Made by a program: the position numbers and the translations under genes. A stretch of DNA of 64,000 bases, taken from NCBI RefSeq assembly GCF_009914755.1, contig NC_060929.1. One strand, 5' to 3'. Under the pieces are notes generated by a model. That model saw only the letters and a program-made list of their open reading frames with translations. It searched no databases and was not told the origin of the DNA. Source of the stretch: the human T2T-CHM13v2.0 reference genome, Homo sapiens. Below, piece by piece: positions 40,470 through 50,895 of this stretch (its first letter is position 1; each line of letters opens with the position of its first letter).

Positions 40470-41595
40470 TGTAATATTGTGAAATATATATTTGGTCTTT
40501 GACCTCTGTTTCCTGGAGTACAATTTCTAAAATCTTAGAATCCCCAAAATGATGTCTTCTTGTGTGCTAATGATTGACTGATGGCTGGCAGCCCCTAGGG
40601 TAGCTTCAGGACAGGGGCTGGTCACCAGAGAGACCAAGGCAGGATTTCAGCCTCCCCTCACCCCCCATCCCCAGTCAAGGGAGGGCAGACAGGTTGGAGG
40701 GTAAGTTGTTCGCCAATGGCCAATGGCTTAATGAATCATACCTACGTAATGAATTATCCACAGAAACTCAAAATTGCAGGGTTCAGAGATCTTCTGGATA
40801 GCTGAACACGTGGAGGTTCCTGGACGGTGATGCATCCATGGAGGGCATGGAAGCTCCGAGCCCATTCCCCATACCTTGCCCTACACATCTCTGCATCTGT
40901 ATCCTTTGTAACATCCTTTATAATAAACTGGTAAACGTTTCTCTGAGCTCTGCGAACCACTCTAGCAAATTAGTTGAACTCAAAAGAGGGGGTTGTGGGA
41001 ACCTCATCTTGAAGCCAGTAGGCCAGAAGCTCCAGAGGCCTGGAGTTGGAACTGGTGTCTGAATGGGGGACAGAATGGTGGACTGAGCCCTCAGCCTGTG
41101 GGATCTGACACTATCTCCAGGTAGATAGTGCCAGAATTGAATTTTGGAGGGCACCCAGCTGGTGTCAGCTGCAGAATTGCTTGCCTGGTGTGTGGGGGAA
41201 AGCCCCCACGCATTCGGTCACAGCCATCTTCTGTGCTGTTGTCGAGTGAGAGAATAGAAAAAGCATTTTGAAGGCCGGGCGCGGTGGCTCATGCCTGTAA
41301 TCTCAGCACTTTGGGAAGCCAAGGCGAGCGGATCACCTGAGGTCAGGAGTTCAAGACCAGCCTGGCCAACATGGTGAAATCCCGTCTCTACTAAAAATAC
41401 AAAAATTAGCCGGGCATGATGGTGGGTGCCTGTAATCCCAGCTACTCAGGAGGCTGAGGTGGTAGAATCGCCTGAACCTGGGAGGTGGAGGTTGCATCGA
41501 GCCAAGAACACTGCACTCCATCCAGCCTGGGTGACAGAGTGAGACTGTCTCAAAAAAAAAAAATTGATTTTGAGAGTTTTTTTTTTTTTTTCACA
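40470..41595 (+). mobile_element. Solo MER21-family LTR with an Alu inserted at about 41273-41563
   Basis: TGTAATATTGTGAAATATATATTTGGTC...TTCACA; 5-bp TSD AGGGA at 40465-40469 and 41596-41600. Confidence 0.82.
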
Positions 41596-41678
41596 AGGGA
41601 CATCAGCAGAAACACCAATGTCTGCACTCCCAGCCCCACAAGCACCTTTTGCAGAGAAAAGAAGTGAGGTCACTGGGT

Positions 41679-41684
41679 TTTATT
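41679..41684 (-). terminator. MZB1: MZB1 poly(A) signal AATAAA
   Basis: tttatt on +, about 180 nt past the stop codon. Confidence 0.75.
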
Positions 41685-41861
41685 TGAGTCCAGAGGGGAA
41701 GGCGTTGACTCCCACCCAGGCCCGAGTGCCCTGAGGCTGGAGGAGGGAGGCAGGATGGCAGCACAGAGCAAGGGCTTCCTGCCCTCCTGGCTGCCTGCAG
41801 ACGGGAGTGGAGACCGTCAGAGCAAGCCCCAGCTTCTTTCAGAGGAGGGTAGAGTCCAGGA

Positions 41862-42018
41862 CTAGAGCTCTTCTCTTGTGGCTGACACCTTCTCTGAGCA
41901 GGCCCCCTGGGGTCCCCCACATAGCAATGCCTCCAGAGCCCCTCGGCCTTGTTGGTGGGCTTCATAGATCTGGTCTTCTCCAAACTCCCCCAAGTAGTGC
42001 AAACATGTCCTGGAGAGC
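41862..42018 (-). CDS. MZB1: MZB1 exon 4, ends in ER-retention signal REEL
   Basis: cctag|G; LSRTCLHYLGEFGEDQIYEAHQQGRGALEALLCGGPQGACSEKVSATREEL*. Confidence 0.96.
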
Positions 42019-42117
42019 CTAGGGGAGCCCAGCAGGAGCCTCAGATGCTGCCCAGCCCACAGTGGGGCAAACCAAGGCTCCAGGAGCTTCATCCTATCCC
42101 CAAGCCCCGGGCATCAC

Positions 42118-42228
42118 CTGGTAGGCCAGGGGCCCCCTGTGACCATCACGCTGATGCTTGGCTCTGGCCCCTCGCTAAGTCCTGGGCCTGTGAGACGTTT
42201 CACTTGGTCCACTTCTCGAACTCCGTAG
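42118..42228 (-). CDS. MZB1: MZB1 exon 3
   Basis: accag|C...CCAG|gtgatg; YGVREVDQVKRLTGPGLSEGPEPSISVMVTGGPWPT. Confidence 0.95.
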
Positions 42229-42556
42229 CTGGTGGCAGTGGAGAGGAGAGGAGTACAGTTTTGGCAGGAGCCCAGCCAGGGAGAGACCCATCTCCACAGC
42301 AAGCTGGACATGCTGGGCATTTGTGGAATTCAGAGAGGGAAAGCCCCTGGCCCAAGGTCACAAGGTGACCTTGTCCACTGGCCCTCTGCTCTCCCACTTG
42401 CTCTCAGCTCCAGAGCCCAGACTTCATCCCAGCCAGCCCCTCCCTTGGACCAGAGTCCTAGAGGAGTGTGTGTGTTGTGTGAGCGGCTGAGTGGGAATCT
42501 CCACCCACCAGGCCTGCCCTTGGAGGAGGGAGGTGGGGGCAGGATTGGCAACTCAC

Positions 42557-42681
42557 TCCTGCCAGTTCCGGGAGCAGCTCCGGTCCAGGACATCCGTGTA
42601 GACCAACTCGCTCAGCTCCCGCCGCCCCCCAGAGTTTGAGGTATGAAGTTTGGTCTCTGCCTTTGCCAGATTTTGCCACAT
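42557..42681 (-). CDS. MZB1: MZB1 exon 2
   Basis: ttccag|ATG...GGA|gtgagt; MWQNLAKAETKLHTSNSGGRRELSELVYTDVLDRSCSRNWQ. Confidence 0.95.
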
Positions 42682-42959
42682 CTGGAACAAGGAGGGACTG
42701 GGAGGCAGGGCCTCAGGACTGCTGCTCAGTTAGGGGGAGGTGGGGAGGATAGGAGCAGAGTCTCTGGGGAAAATAAAGTGGCAAGAGAGCCGTTTGAGCA
42801 GGAAGCACCTGTGAGGCTGTTGCATGGCCCCTCCCCCAGCCCCCAAAGCTCTCTGGGATGGGGGTGGGGGATGGGAAAGAAATGCTGAAGTGGTAGGTGA
42901 GGCCTGGGCACTGGGGTCCCTCGTCCAGGGCACACCTGCCCAGTGGCAAGTGTCATTCT

Positions 42960-43268
42960 ATTTTTATTTATTTATTTATTTAGAGAGAGTCTCACGCCGT
43001 TCGTCGCCCAGGCTGGAGTGCAGTGGTACGATCTCAGCTCACTGCAGCCTCCACCTCCCAGGTTCAAGTGATTCTTCTCCCTCAGCCTCCCAGGTAGCTG
43101 GGACTACAGGTATGTGCCACCACACCCGGCTAAAATTTTGTATTTTCAGTAGTGACGGGGTTTCACCATGTTGGCCAGGCTGGTCTCGAACTCCTGAGTT
43201 CAGGCGATCGGCCCCGCTCAGCCTCCCAAAGTGCTGGGATTACAGGCGTGAGCCACCGCGCCCGGCCG
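42960..43268 (-). mobile_element. Alu in MZB1 intron 1
   Basis: Alu consensus; flanked by gtgtcatt / gtgccatt TSD-like sequence. Confidence 0.88.
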
Positions 43269-43775
43269 GCACGTGCCATTTTAAACCACAAGAGCAAGGT
43301 AAGAAAAACTGGAGCCCAATATTCAATCACACAAGTACTCCCAGGCCCCCACCTCACAGAGACACTGGCACGCAGGCATGCTCAGCAGGTGTGTGTGTGA
43401 AGCCAGACACACGCATACTCACGTGCAGGCGCTCACACGTGTGCACTTGCACCATGTACACATAGCCAAAGCCGCCCCGTCAGGGTTGGGGAGGGAGTCC
43501 GGACTCAAGGATGGGCCTGGAAAGGGAGAAGTCTAAGGACAAGTGAGTGATTCCCTGGGGTCTCAAAATACTGAGGAGGTCTCCCAGATTGTCTGCTGTT
43601 AGGCAGGCAGATGGGTAAACTGAGGCATGGAATATATGAAAGGCTGCATCTGTGGCTTGATGCCCAGTGGTAGGGATTGGGGATCAAAGGCCGGTGGTGG
43701 AATGTGAGGTGGGTGGAGGGGTCTGGCTTGAGAAGGGGTGTGAGCAGGGCAGGGTGACAGTGGTGAAGGACTCAC

Positions 43776-43952
43776 CTGGTAAGCCACAGCTCTGCAGGCA
43801 TCACAGCGCAGGTGAGCGGGCATGTGGGCTGAGTACATCTCCTCATCATCCAGTTGTGGGGCTGTGGCTGTGAGTGGCGCCCTGTCCCCGAGGCCCCCTG
43901 GGATGGCCCAGGCTCCCAGCAGCAGCAGCAGCAGTGGCAGTGACAGCCTCAT
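43776..43952 (-). CDS. MZB1: MZB1 (pERp1) exon 1: signal peptide and CxxC
   Basis: GCCATGAGG; MRLSLPLLLLLLGAWAIPGG signal peptide; CDAC; donor CAG|gtgagt; total 189 aa. Confidence 0.96.
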
Positions 43953-44039
43953 GGCCCCAGGAGCCAGTTCAGCAAGTGTAGTCTGTGGTTGAGGTGCAGA
44001 TGTGTGTGTGCTTGTGTGGTGTGGGGACCGCCACAGAAC

Positions 44040-44135
44040 ACCTGGCCTAGACCAATGGGGAACTGACACCTCACCCCTCCCATCCTCCTCCCACTCCCTC
44101 CTCCAGGGCCCCGAAGATGCCACGTGGGCATTGTC
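44040..44135 (-). promoter_or_regulatory. MZB1: MZB1 proximal promoter: CCAAT box and TGCCACGTGG element
   Basis: CCAAT 44052-44056; TGCCACGTGGG 44118-44128 resembles a bZIP (XBP1/ATF6/CREB3L) site or E-box. Confidence 0.45.
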
Positions 44136-44720
44136 CTCTAGCTGGACCCTGGCTCCAGCCATCTCAGCTCCATTTCACAGATAGGGAGCACTGAGGCAAG
44201 GAGAGGGGCTGGGCCTAGGCAGGAACACATAGGGGCCGATACTGCCCACATCCTGTGATCTGGCCAAGTGGCAGGCACTGTGCTGAGTGCCTTGTGGGAA
44301 GAGTTGGTTGGCTGCCGTCATCTTTTTTTGTTTCATTGACCTTTCTGAGAAATGAGACTGTCATGTTTATTCTGCCTCTTCCGACACAAAGGCTCAGAGA
44401 GAGGTGACAAATCCAAGGCCACATAGCTAGAGGGGCCATGCTGAGAAACCCAAGCCTGATTGACCCCAAGGCTCCCTGGCCACTCAACCACCAGAAGGAA
44501 TGAGGTGTGGCTGCCAGCCTCCTGGGAGGCAAGTTCAGGGAGACAGGGATGCTACAGTGTTTCCAAGACACACATGGTCTCCTTCCCTAGCCCTGAGGTC
44601 CCCTCCACCCAGGCCATACCCAGGCGTGGAAGGGCACTGTGGAGGGTGTTGAGAGGCTGTGGCAGGAAATCAGGCACCTCACACCAGTTATTTCAGCCAT
44701 GATGGCTCCATGGTCAGTGA

Positions 44721-44726
44721 TTTATT
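44721..44726 (-). terminator. PROB1: PROB1 poly(A) signal AATAAA
   Basis: First tttatt I find on + downstream of the PROB1 stop; implies a 3'UTR of about 1.4 kb. Confidence 0.65.
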
Positions 44727-46129
44727 ACACACCAGGATGAGGTAAAGACACCTGGGGTGGCCCCAGGGCCCTCCATGCCATCGGAGCTGGCATCTCCAGC
44801 TAGAAAATGGCCAGTTGTTCTGATTCGTAGCTCTCCTAGTCAGCTTCCAGTCCAGGGCAGAGGGCAGGGACTGCTAGGGACCTGGGCCCCCTGACAGGCC
44901 TGGAACAACGAAGGCATCCATCCCCATCCCTGCCACTGCTTCTCATGGAAACTGTCCTTCCCAAACTCATCACATCACACACCAGGCTGGCAAGGGCCAG
45001 CCATTTCCGGTTCAGAACTATATACAGACCCCCACGCACACCACCTCCCACCTCATGCAGACCCCCCTCATCTCCCTCAGAGGCTCCTGGAATCTCAGGG
45101 CAACTGAAGTGCAGGCTCTGGGCCCTGTCCCTTGCTGTGACTGGTCTGTAGGGCCAGCCCCTCTCTGGCCATTGTTGCCACATCTGTTACTGGGGAGTGG
45201 AACCTGCCAAGAGCTTCAGATCCCTCTGGATACTCCACCAGGGGTATCGCTTCTACTGCTGGCCCTAACCCACCTTCTGGCCACACAGAGGGGTCAAGAG
45301 GCTCCTGTGGGACAAGAGCCCAACCCTCCCTCTTCTCAGAGCTTCCTGATGACCATTTCACCTACTCCCGATGTAGGGGGTGGGGGACTGAAGCCCCACC
45401 CCTGGCCCAAAAATGAGTCAGCTCAGCTCTGAGGGCCAGGCTCCCCATCTTCCCACCCCAAGTTCCAGGCTAACCCCCAACCCAGGCCCTCCCTGTATTC
45501 CTTGCTTTGCCTCCACCTGCTGTCCCCCGCCTTAGCTCTTTCTCGGAGCCAGCCTGGCCTGGGCTGTACTGGCCACTTTCCCCCCAGTAACCTCCAGGGC
45601 CAAAGCTCAGCTCCTCTTCCTAAGAGCAGACTCGACAGCCAGAGTCCTTCCTGCCACCTCACCAGGGGCACTGGCCAGCCTCACCTCAGCTGGGCCCACC
45701 ATCAGGGAGGGCAGACAGTTCCCCGCCCTGTCTCCTGCTGCTCCCGTTCCTGCTGCCCCACGGCAGCCACAGCACCTCCTCTGATCGGCTCCTGGGGACA
45801 AGCCCAGGGATGCCTCACTTTCCCTATTTGCTTGCCCGCATATACACATATACACACACCCACACACCACACCACACCACGCCCTGGGAATGCCTGGGAA
45901 AGGGATACATAATTTTGTTGGGGGAGGAAGTAGGCAGCCACTTCCTGGGTGACTCCAGCTCCACCAGCCTCGGGGCTCAGATTCATTCTCTGAAGATCAC
46001 TTCCTGTCCGACGACTGACTGGGATGGGTTAAAGACAGAGGCGACGGAAGGAGAGGAGGGTAGGGGCTTGGATGCCAGAACCTCCCAGGCATCCAAGGGC
46101 TCCAACTCCATGGGGATCGGCCCGGGGCC

Positions 46130-49100
46130 TCACAGCGGGAACAATGAACCCTTGCCGGGCTGGGTGGGACCTGAGCTGGAGGGCGGCGCACAGAGGAGCA
46201 GAGGAGGTGCGGGGTTGGGGGTCCCGCTCACCGGCAGGTAGTAGGTCCCGTCCAGGGGCCCTGCCTCAGAGACCCAGGGTAGCTGGGGGCTGCCGAGGGC
46301 CTGCGGGCCCGGGGACGGTGGCAGAGAGAGGCTGGGTATAGGCCCATAGGCGGGCGGGTAGAGGCCGAGCCCCAGGGCCAGAGGGGTGTAGACGCGGTGG
46401 GGCGGCCCGGGAGACGAGGGCGGCAGCAACACCTCCACGTACTGCCCACTCTCAGGGTCGAAGAGCACCCGCAGCCGAGGCTGCCGCGGCGCCTCCACAA
46501 AGTAGTAGCGGCCGCTCTCGGGGTCCACCAAGACCTTCCCCAGGGGCGCGGCCCCGGGCTGCCTGCGCGCTCCCTGGGAGGGGCTTTGCGGGGACCGGTC
46601 CGTGGGAGGCGCCGAGGCAGCGCGGGGCTGGGCTGGGGCCGTCCTGCCCGCCAACGCCAGGGGCTCCCGCGGGAGTGGCGCCTGGACGGCAGCCGCGGGC
46701 TCGGGGGCCGTAGGTGGTGTCTTCGGTTTGGGTGCTATCCCAGGGCTCGGGCTGGCTTGCATCTGAGGGGAGCCGGGGCGGGGCGATCGGACCCCTGCTG
46801 GCCCTACGGGGGAGCGCTGGGATGAGCTGCGGGCGCCGCCTAGAGGGCTGGTCCGACCGTCGCCGTCGGGGACCAGGCGCTGGGCCTCTGCATCCCTGTT
46901 CTCTCCTCCAGGGCCGCGCGCTCGCACTCGCGAGGTTACTTCGGGCCGGCGACCCAAGGCCAGGGCCCCAGGCAGGCGGATCTCTGTGCGCTTGAAGGGC
47001 TTCGCCGTGCTGTTCTCTGCCCTCCGCCGCAGGACCCCGTTGGGCTGTGAGGCGTCCCGGGCGACCGTGTCGAAGGACGGTTCAGGAGGCTCGTAGGGGT
47101 GCGGCACCACCGGTAGAAAATCCTTGATGAAAACGGAAGTGTAGTGAGCCGGGGCGGGGGGCCCCAGTGCTGGCGGCTCTTGCGTCTTGGATTCGCCGCC
47201 CTCCTCCCCGCAGGGGTCGGCAGGAGGCGCAGGCAGCCCAGAGCCTTGTGCTCCTGCCGGGAAGCCTGGCGCGTACGTGGTCTTCACCAACTTGCGCACG
47301 TCTCGAGGCCGCGGAATGGCCATGCGCGGGCGTCCCGAGGCCGCCTCTCCAGGACCCAAGACTTCCGGGCACTTATCCGCGTCCAGGGTGCCCACAGGGT
47401 GGCTGCCGGGCGGCTCGGGTGCTGCTACCTCTGGGGACTGCTGACTCCCTCCAAAGGCAAGATCTGAAATTTCCCGCGTGGATGGACTCTGCATCTCTGT
47501 TGGTTCTGGAGTGCCGGGTGCGGACGGTGTAGGCGGTGCCAACTCCTCCTGAGTTAACCCATTCTGAGCTTCCTGAGTAAATGCTATCGATGAGCCCGGC
47601 CCCATGGGATCCCATGTCTCTTGGGGAGATGGGCCCCAAGTTCCAATAGGACGATCTGGAGCCTCCCACGGGAAGAAGGCCGGCGGGGACGGGCTGCTAC
47701 GTGGCTCCACCGCATCCGCGACTGCCGAATGTGGAATCTCCCACAGGGAAGGGGCTTCGAGGGACGGGCTCCTTTCCCCAGCAACACACTGATTCCACTG
47801 GGAAAGGATCGGAGGGGAAGGGCTTCTCCTGCTGACAGTTTCCTCGACGGCAGGATTTTGATTTTCCCACTCGGAGGAGGCTTCAGGGAACAATGGGCTA
47901 CTCACCCTCCGAGTAGTCCGATCCCACGGGGACAGGTTCTGGGGCGACGGGCAGCGAGGACCCCGTACAGCCCCATTTGGAGTCTGCCGTGGCGGGGACG
48001 GGCTCCTTGGCCTCACAGCCCTACTCGGAACCTCCGAGGGGATCCTACACTCAAAAGGCGGACTCCGTGCCCTCTGAACAGTTCGATCCGGCGCCTCTCG
48101 CGGGAACCGAGTCTTCCGCGCCTCCTGGATCTTCTCCTCTGACTGAAGGAAGATGCTGGAACTAACAGGACCCAGCGGCTCCGTCCCGGGCGCAGGCTTG
48201 TCGCGCCGAATCGCGCGCTCGCGGAGGCTGGGCCACGGCCTCGGGGCCTTGGCGGGGGCCGAATTATCTCGTACGCGAAGTGGCCGAGACTTAGCCTTCT
48301 CCAGGACCACGTGGGTGCTGCGGGCCGTTTCCCGGGTCTCAGGTTCCGACCGCCCCGTGGACCCGAAGGTGGCGCTGCTCGGGGCCGGGGCCTCGGGGCT
48401 CAGTTTTCTGGCCAACGCCGTCTGCACGAAGCCCGCGGCGGCCTGCAGGGGGCCCAGCGACTCGTCCAGGGAACCGGTGCGCAGGAGCAGCCGGGGGCGC
48501 GGCGCGCCGGCCGCCCTTGGGGGACTCTGGGGCCGGGGGCGCAGCTCGATCTGACGCTTGGGCACTGTCCGGGGCCTGGCGGGCGCGGCGCCCTCCTCCA
48601 GAGCCACCTCCACACACTCGAACTGCGCTGGGGCGGCAGGACTTGGCCCACGGGGCCGCAGCTCTAGGTAGGTGGCCCAGCGGGAGCCACCATCGGGGAC
48701 CTGGGACTGGCGTGGGACCGCGGCGGGAGACGCTGGCCCCGGCGGCAAGGGGCTGATGAAGGCCGGCTCCGTGAACTGTTGTTGCGCCTCGCGATCGTCT
48801 GCGCCGGAGCAGCCGAACAGGGGTCCGACGCCGAAGATGACTTCCATCTCCCCCGACGGCAGCGTGCGCAGCTGGGGCTGGGGTGGCCGTGGGCCGGAAC
48901 CTGGGCCTCGCGGGAAACCCGAGCCGGGCCCGTGCCGCTGGCGGCTATTCTGGGCGCTGACGGACAGGCGAGGCTGCGCGCCCGCCCCCCGCCCAGGAGC
49001 CACCCAGGGCCAATTCGCTGGGCCTTTCGCGTCCGGCCCAACGTCCGGGGGCTCCGGAGAACCTGGAGCCGTGTAGTAGGAGCCTGACGAACCGGAGGAG

Positions 49101-49177
49101 TCCTGGCGCCGCGCGGGGGCCGTGGGCAGCTGCCTCGGGATCCCAGGCAGGGCTGGCGGGGCGAGCGCGGTCAGCAT
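46130..49177 (-). CDS. PROB1: Proline-rich basic protein 1, single exon, 1015 aa, C-terminal DUF4585-like DPESG motifs
   Basis: Uninterrupted 3048-nt ORF; Kozak CCACCATGC; KVLVDPESGRYY/VLFDPESGQYV motifs; lies between MZB1 and SPATA24. Confidence 0.93.
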   Translation of the reverse strand: MLTALAPPALPGIPRQLPTAPARRQDSSGSSGSYYTAPGSPEPPDVGPDAKGPANWPWVAPGRGAGAQPRLSVSAQNSRQRHGPGSGFPRGPGSGPRPPQPQLRTLPSGEMEVIFGVGPLFGCSGADDREAQQQFTEPAFISPLPPGPASPAAVPRQSQVPDGGSRWATYLELRPRGPSPAAPAQFECVEVALEEGAAPARPRTVPKRQIELRPRPQSPPRAAGAPRPRLLLRTGSLDESLGPLQAAAGFVQTALARKLSPEAPAPSSATFGSTGRSEPETRETARSTHVVLEKAKSRPLRVRDNSAPAKAPRPWPSLRERAIRRDKPAPGTEPLGPVSSSIFLQSEEKIQEARKTRFPREAPDRTVQRARSPPFECRIPSEVPSRAVRPRSPSPPRQTPNGAVRGPRCPSPQNLSPWDRTTRRVSSPLFPEASSEWENQNPAVEETVSRRSPSPPILSQWNQCVAGERSPSLEAPSLWEIPHSAVADAVEPRSSPSPPAFFPWEAPDRPIGTWGPSPQETWDPMGPGSSIAFTQEAQNGLTQEELAPPTPSAPGTPEPTEMQSPSTREISDLAFGGSQQSPEVAAPEPPGSHPVGTLDADKCPEVLGPGEAASGRPRMAIPRPRDVRKLVKTTYAPGFPAGAQGSGLPAPPADPCGEEGGESKTQEPPALGPPAPAHYTSVFIKDFLPVVPHPYEPPEPSFDTVARDASQPNGVLRRRAENSTAKPFKRTEIRLPGALALGRRPEVTSRVRARGPGGENRDAEAQRLVPDGDGRTSPLGGARSSSQRSPVGPAGVRSPRPGSPQMQASPSPGIAPKPKTPPTAPEPAAAVQAPLPREPLALAGRTAPAQPRAASAPPTDRSPQSPSQGARRQPGAAPLGKVLVDPESGRYYFVEAPRQPRLRVLFDPESGQYVEVLLPPSSPGPPHRVYTPLALGLGLYPPAYGPIPSLSLPPSPGPQALGSPQLPWVSEAGPLDGTYYLPVSGTPNPAPPLLLCAPPSSSGPTQPGKGSLFPL

Positions 49178-49330
49178 GGTGGGGCCGGACGCCGTGCACT
49201 ATCTCCCTCGCATTCGCCTCCGCTGGTGGCGCCGGCACTGTCCCCGCCCCGCCCGAGGATGCCGTGGGGGTCACCGCGCCTTAAAGCGGCCGCGTCCACT
49301 CCTGAGCCAGCGGCGCCGGCAGCAGAAAAG
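48150..49330 (-). promoter_or_regulatory. PROB1: PROB1 CpG island and promoter
   Basis: Very high CpG density; tandem GC boxes CCCCGCCCCGCCC near 49242-49254; TTTAAG TATA-like element on - near 49281-49286. Confidence 0.6.
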
Positions 49331-50895
49331 ACCTGGGCCCTGCACCCTTCCCTGTCCAGCCCCCATGCCCAACTAACCCCCTTCTCAGGCACAAGCCGGA
49401 GTACCTGGGGTGGGCTCCAAGCTTTGGCTGACAGGCAGGTGAGGGAATGGCAGGCCCAACTTTCAAAGCCTTGGAGCCAGGAGTTAGGCCCAACTCCACC
49501 TATCACAGGTGAGGAAACTGAAGCCCAGCAGGGATCCGCCTGAAGTCAGGCACTGCTGTGTGCAGTTCAGGCTGTGAGCGGGTGAACCAGACCTTCAGGC
49601 CAGGAGACTCAGGTAGGGCCAGCAATTTCATCTTCCCCTCAGCCCCGGGTGCCTTAGCATCACTGCAGGGGACCCCCATTGCCATTGCTGGCCTCAGCTA
49701 GAGCTCTTAAGGGTGCACACACCACCTTTCTTGACCCCAGTTACACTCTTCCTGATCCCCTTCAGTAGAGTGAGGAGCACCGCTAGAGGCTTCCCTGACT
49801 CCTCAGGGCCTCAGGAAGGTACTACCACTGGCTGGACCCACTGCCCTCGGTGGGACCTATTGGAAGGAGCTGGAGTGGACAGCTCTAGCTTTCAGTCTGC
49901 CTCAGCACCTAGAACAGGCCCTGGATACCGATGTGGGGTCCTACAGGAAGCTTCGAAGTAGCTTGTGGTCCCAGCTCCAAAGGCCCCTGCGGCCAGAACA
50001 GCCCTGTGCTCCCCCAGGTATTCACAAGGCCCTAACTTCAGCCCCCACAGCCTTAGGACCTGCCCTGGGGACAGGCGCTGGTGGGGAGGCAACCACCACC
50101 TGTCATTGTCTTACAACTGTGGGCACCACTTGCCCTTAAACTTCTGGCTTCAAGGTCCTGCTATGACTCAGGCCCCAGCTGGCCCTGGAGCAAGAGCACT
50201 GCCCCCTCCTGTGCACTTGGCCTCAAACCGACCCAGGACAGGCTACACTGGGCTAATCTGACCCCTGAAGTGGGTCCTCTGCCTGGGTGTGTCCCCATGA
50301 TCACCTAGGGGGCACTCGGTGATGGCTTCTGAAAAAATGTTGCTGCTCCATCCCATCCAGCCCTGCCTGTGCAACTTGTGCAAATCGAGGTCCCTTCCCA
50401 GATTGTTTCTCCACCTTAAAACCACACACAGCATTGTCTTTTCTCTTCCTCCCATTGTGAAGCTCCCGTTTGGGGGAGGTGTCAGCAGGTGCAAATGCAA
50501 TTTGCAGGTTTAACATTATTGTCATGTGATGGAAACTGACTTCCCAAATTCCTTGTGGTTCTGGAACCCACTGTCTTTGAAGTTTCTGGTCAGGGCTTCC
50601 GGCCCTGTAGTCAAGTTGGGAAGTTAAATTTACCAGGACACTGGGAGTGGGGTGGAATATTACTGGGTAACCAGGGCTGTTTATATAGGAAGGGATTAAA
50701 TACCCAAAGGAAGCGGTGGTGCCTACCAGACAACAAAGACCCAGCTCCTCCCCTAGGCTACAAGCCCCCACCTTGTGGACCCCTACCACTATCCAAGAGG
50801 GAGGGAAGTAGCAGGGGCTAGAGGCTGGGGACTCCCAGAGCAGAGAAGGCAGAGGCTGGGGATTACAGCCAGAGAACAGGAAAGCGGCGGCCATT

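Noticed and set aside
43918-43934. (CAG)n/(CTG)n run as an expansion-prone repeat
   Set aside because: It is only about five to six units and encodes the poly-Leu core of the MZB1 signal peptide.
46072-49543. Many overlapping and antisense ORFs over PROB1
   Set aside because: These are expected from stop-codon scarcity in very GC-rich sequence, with no independent support.
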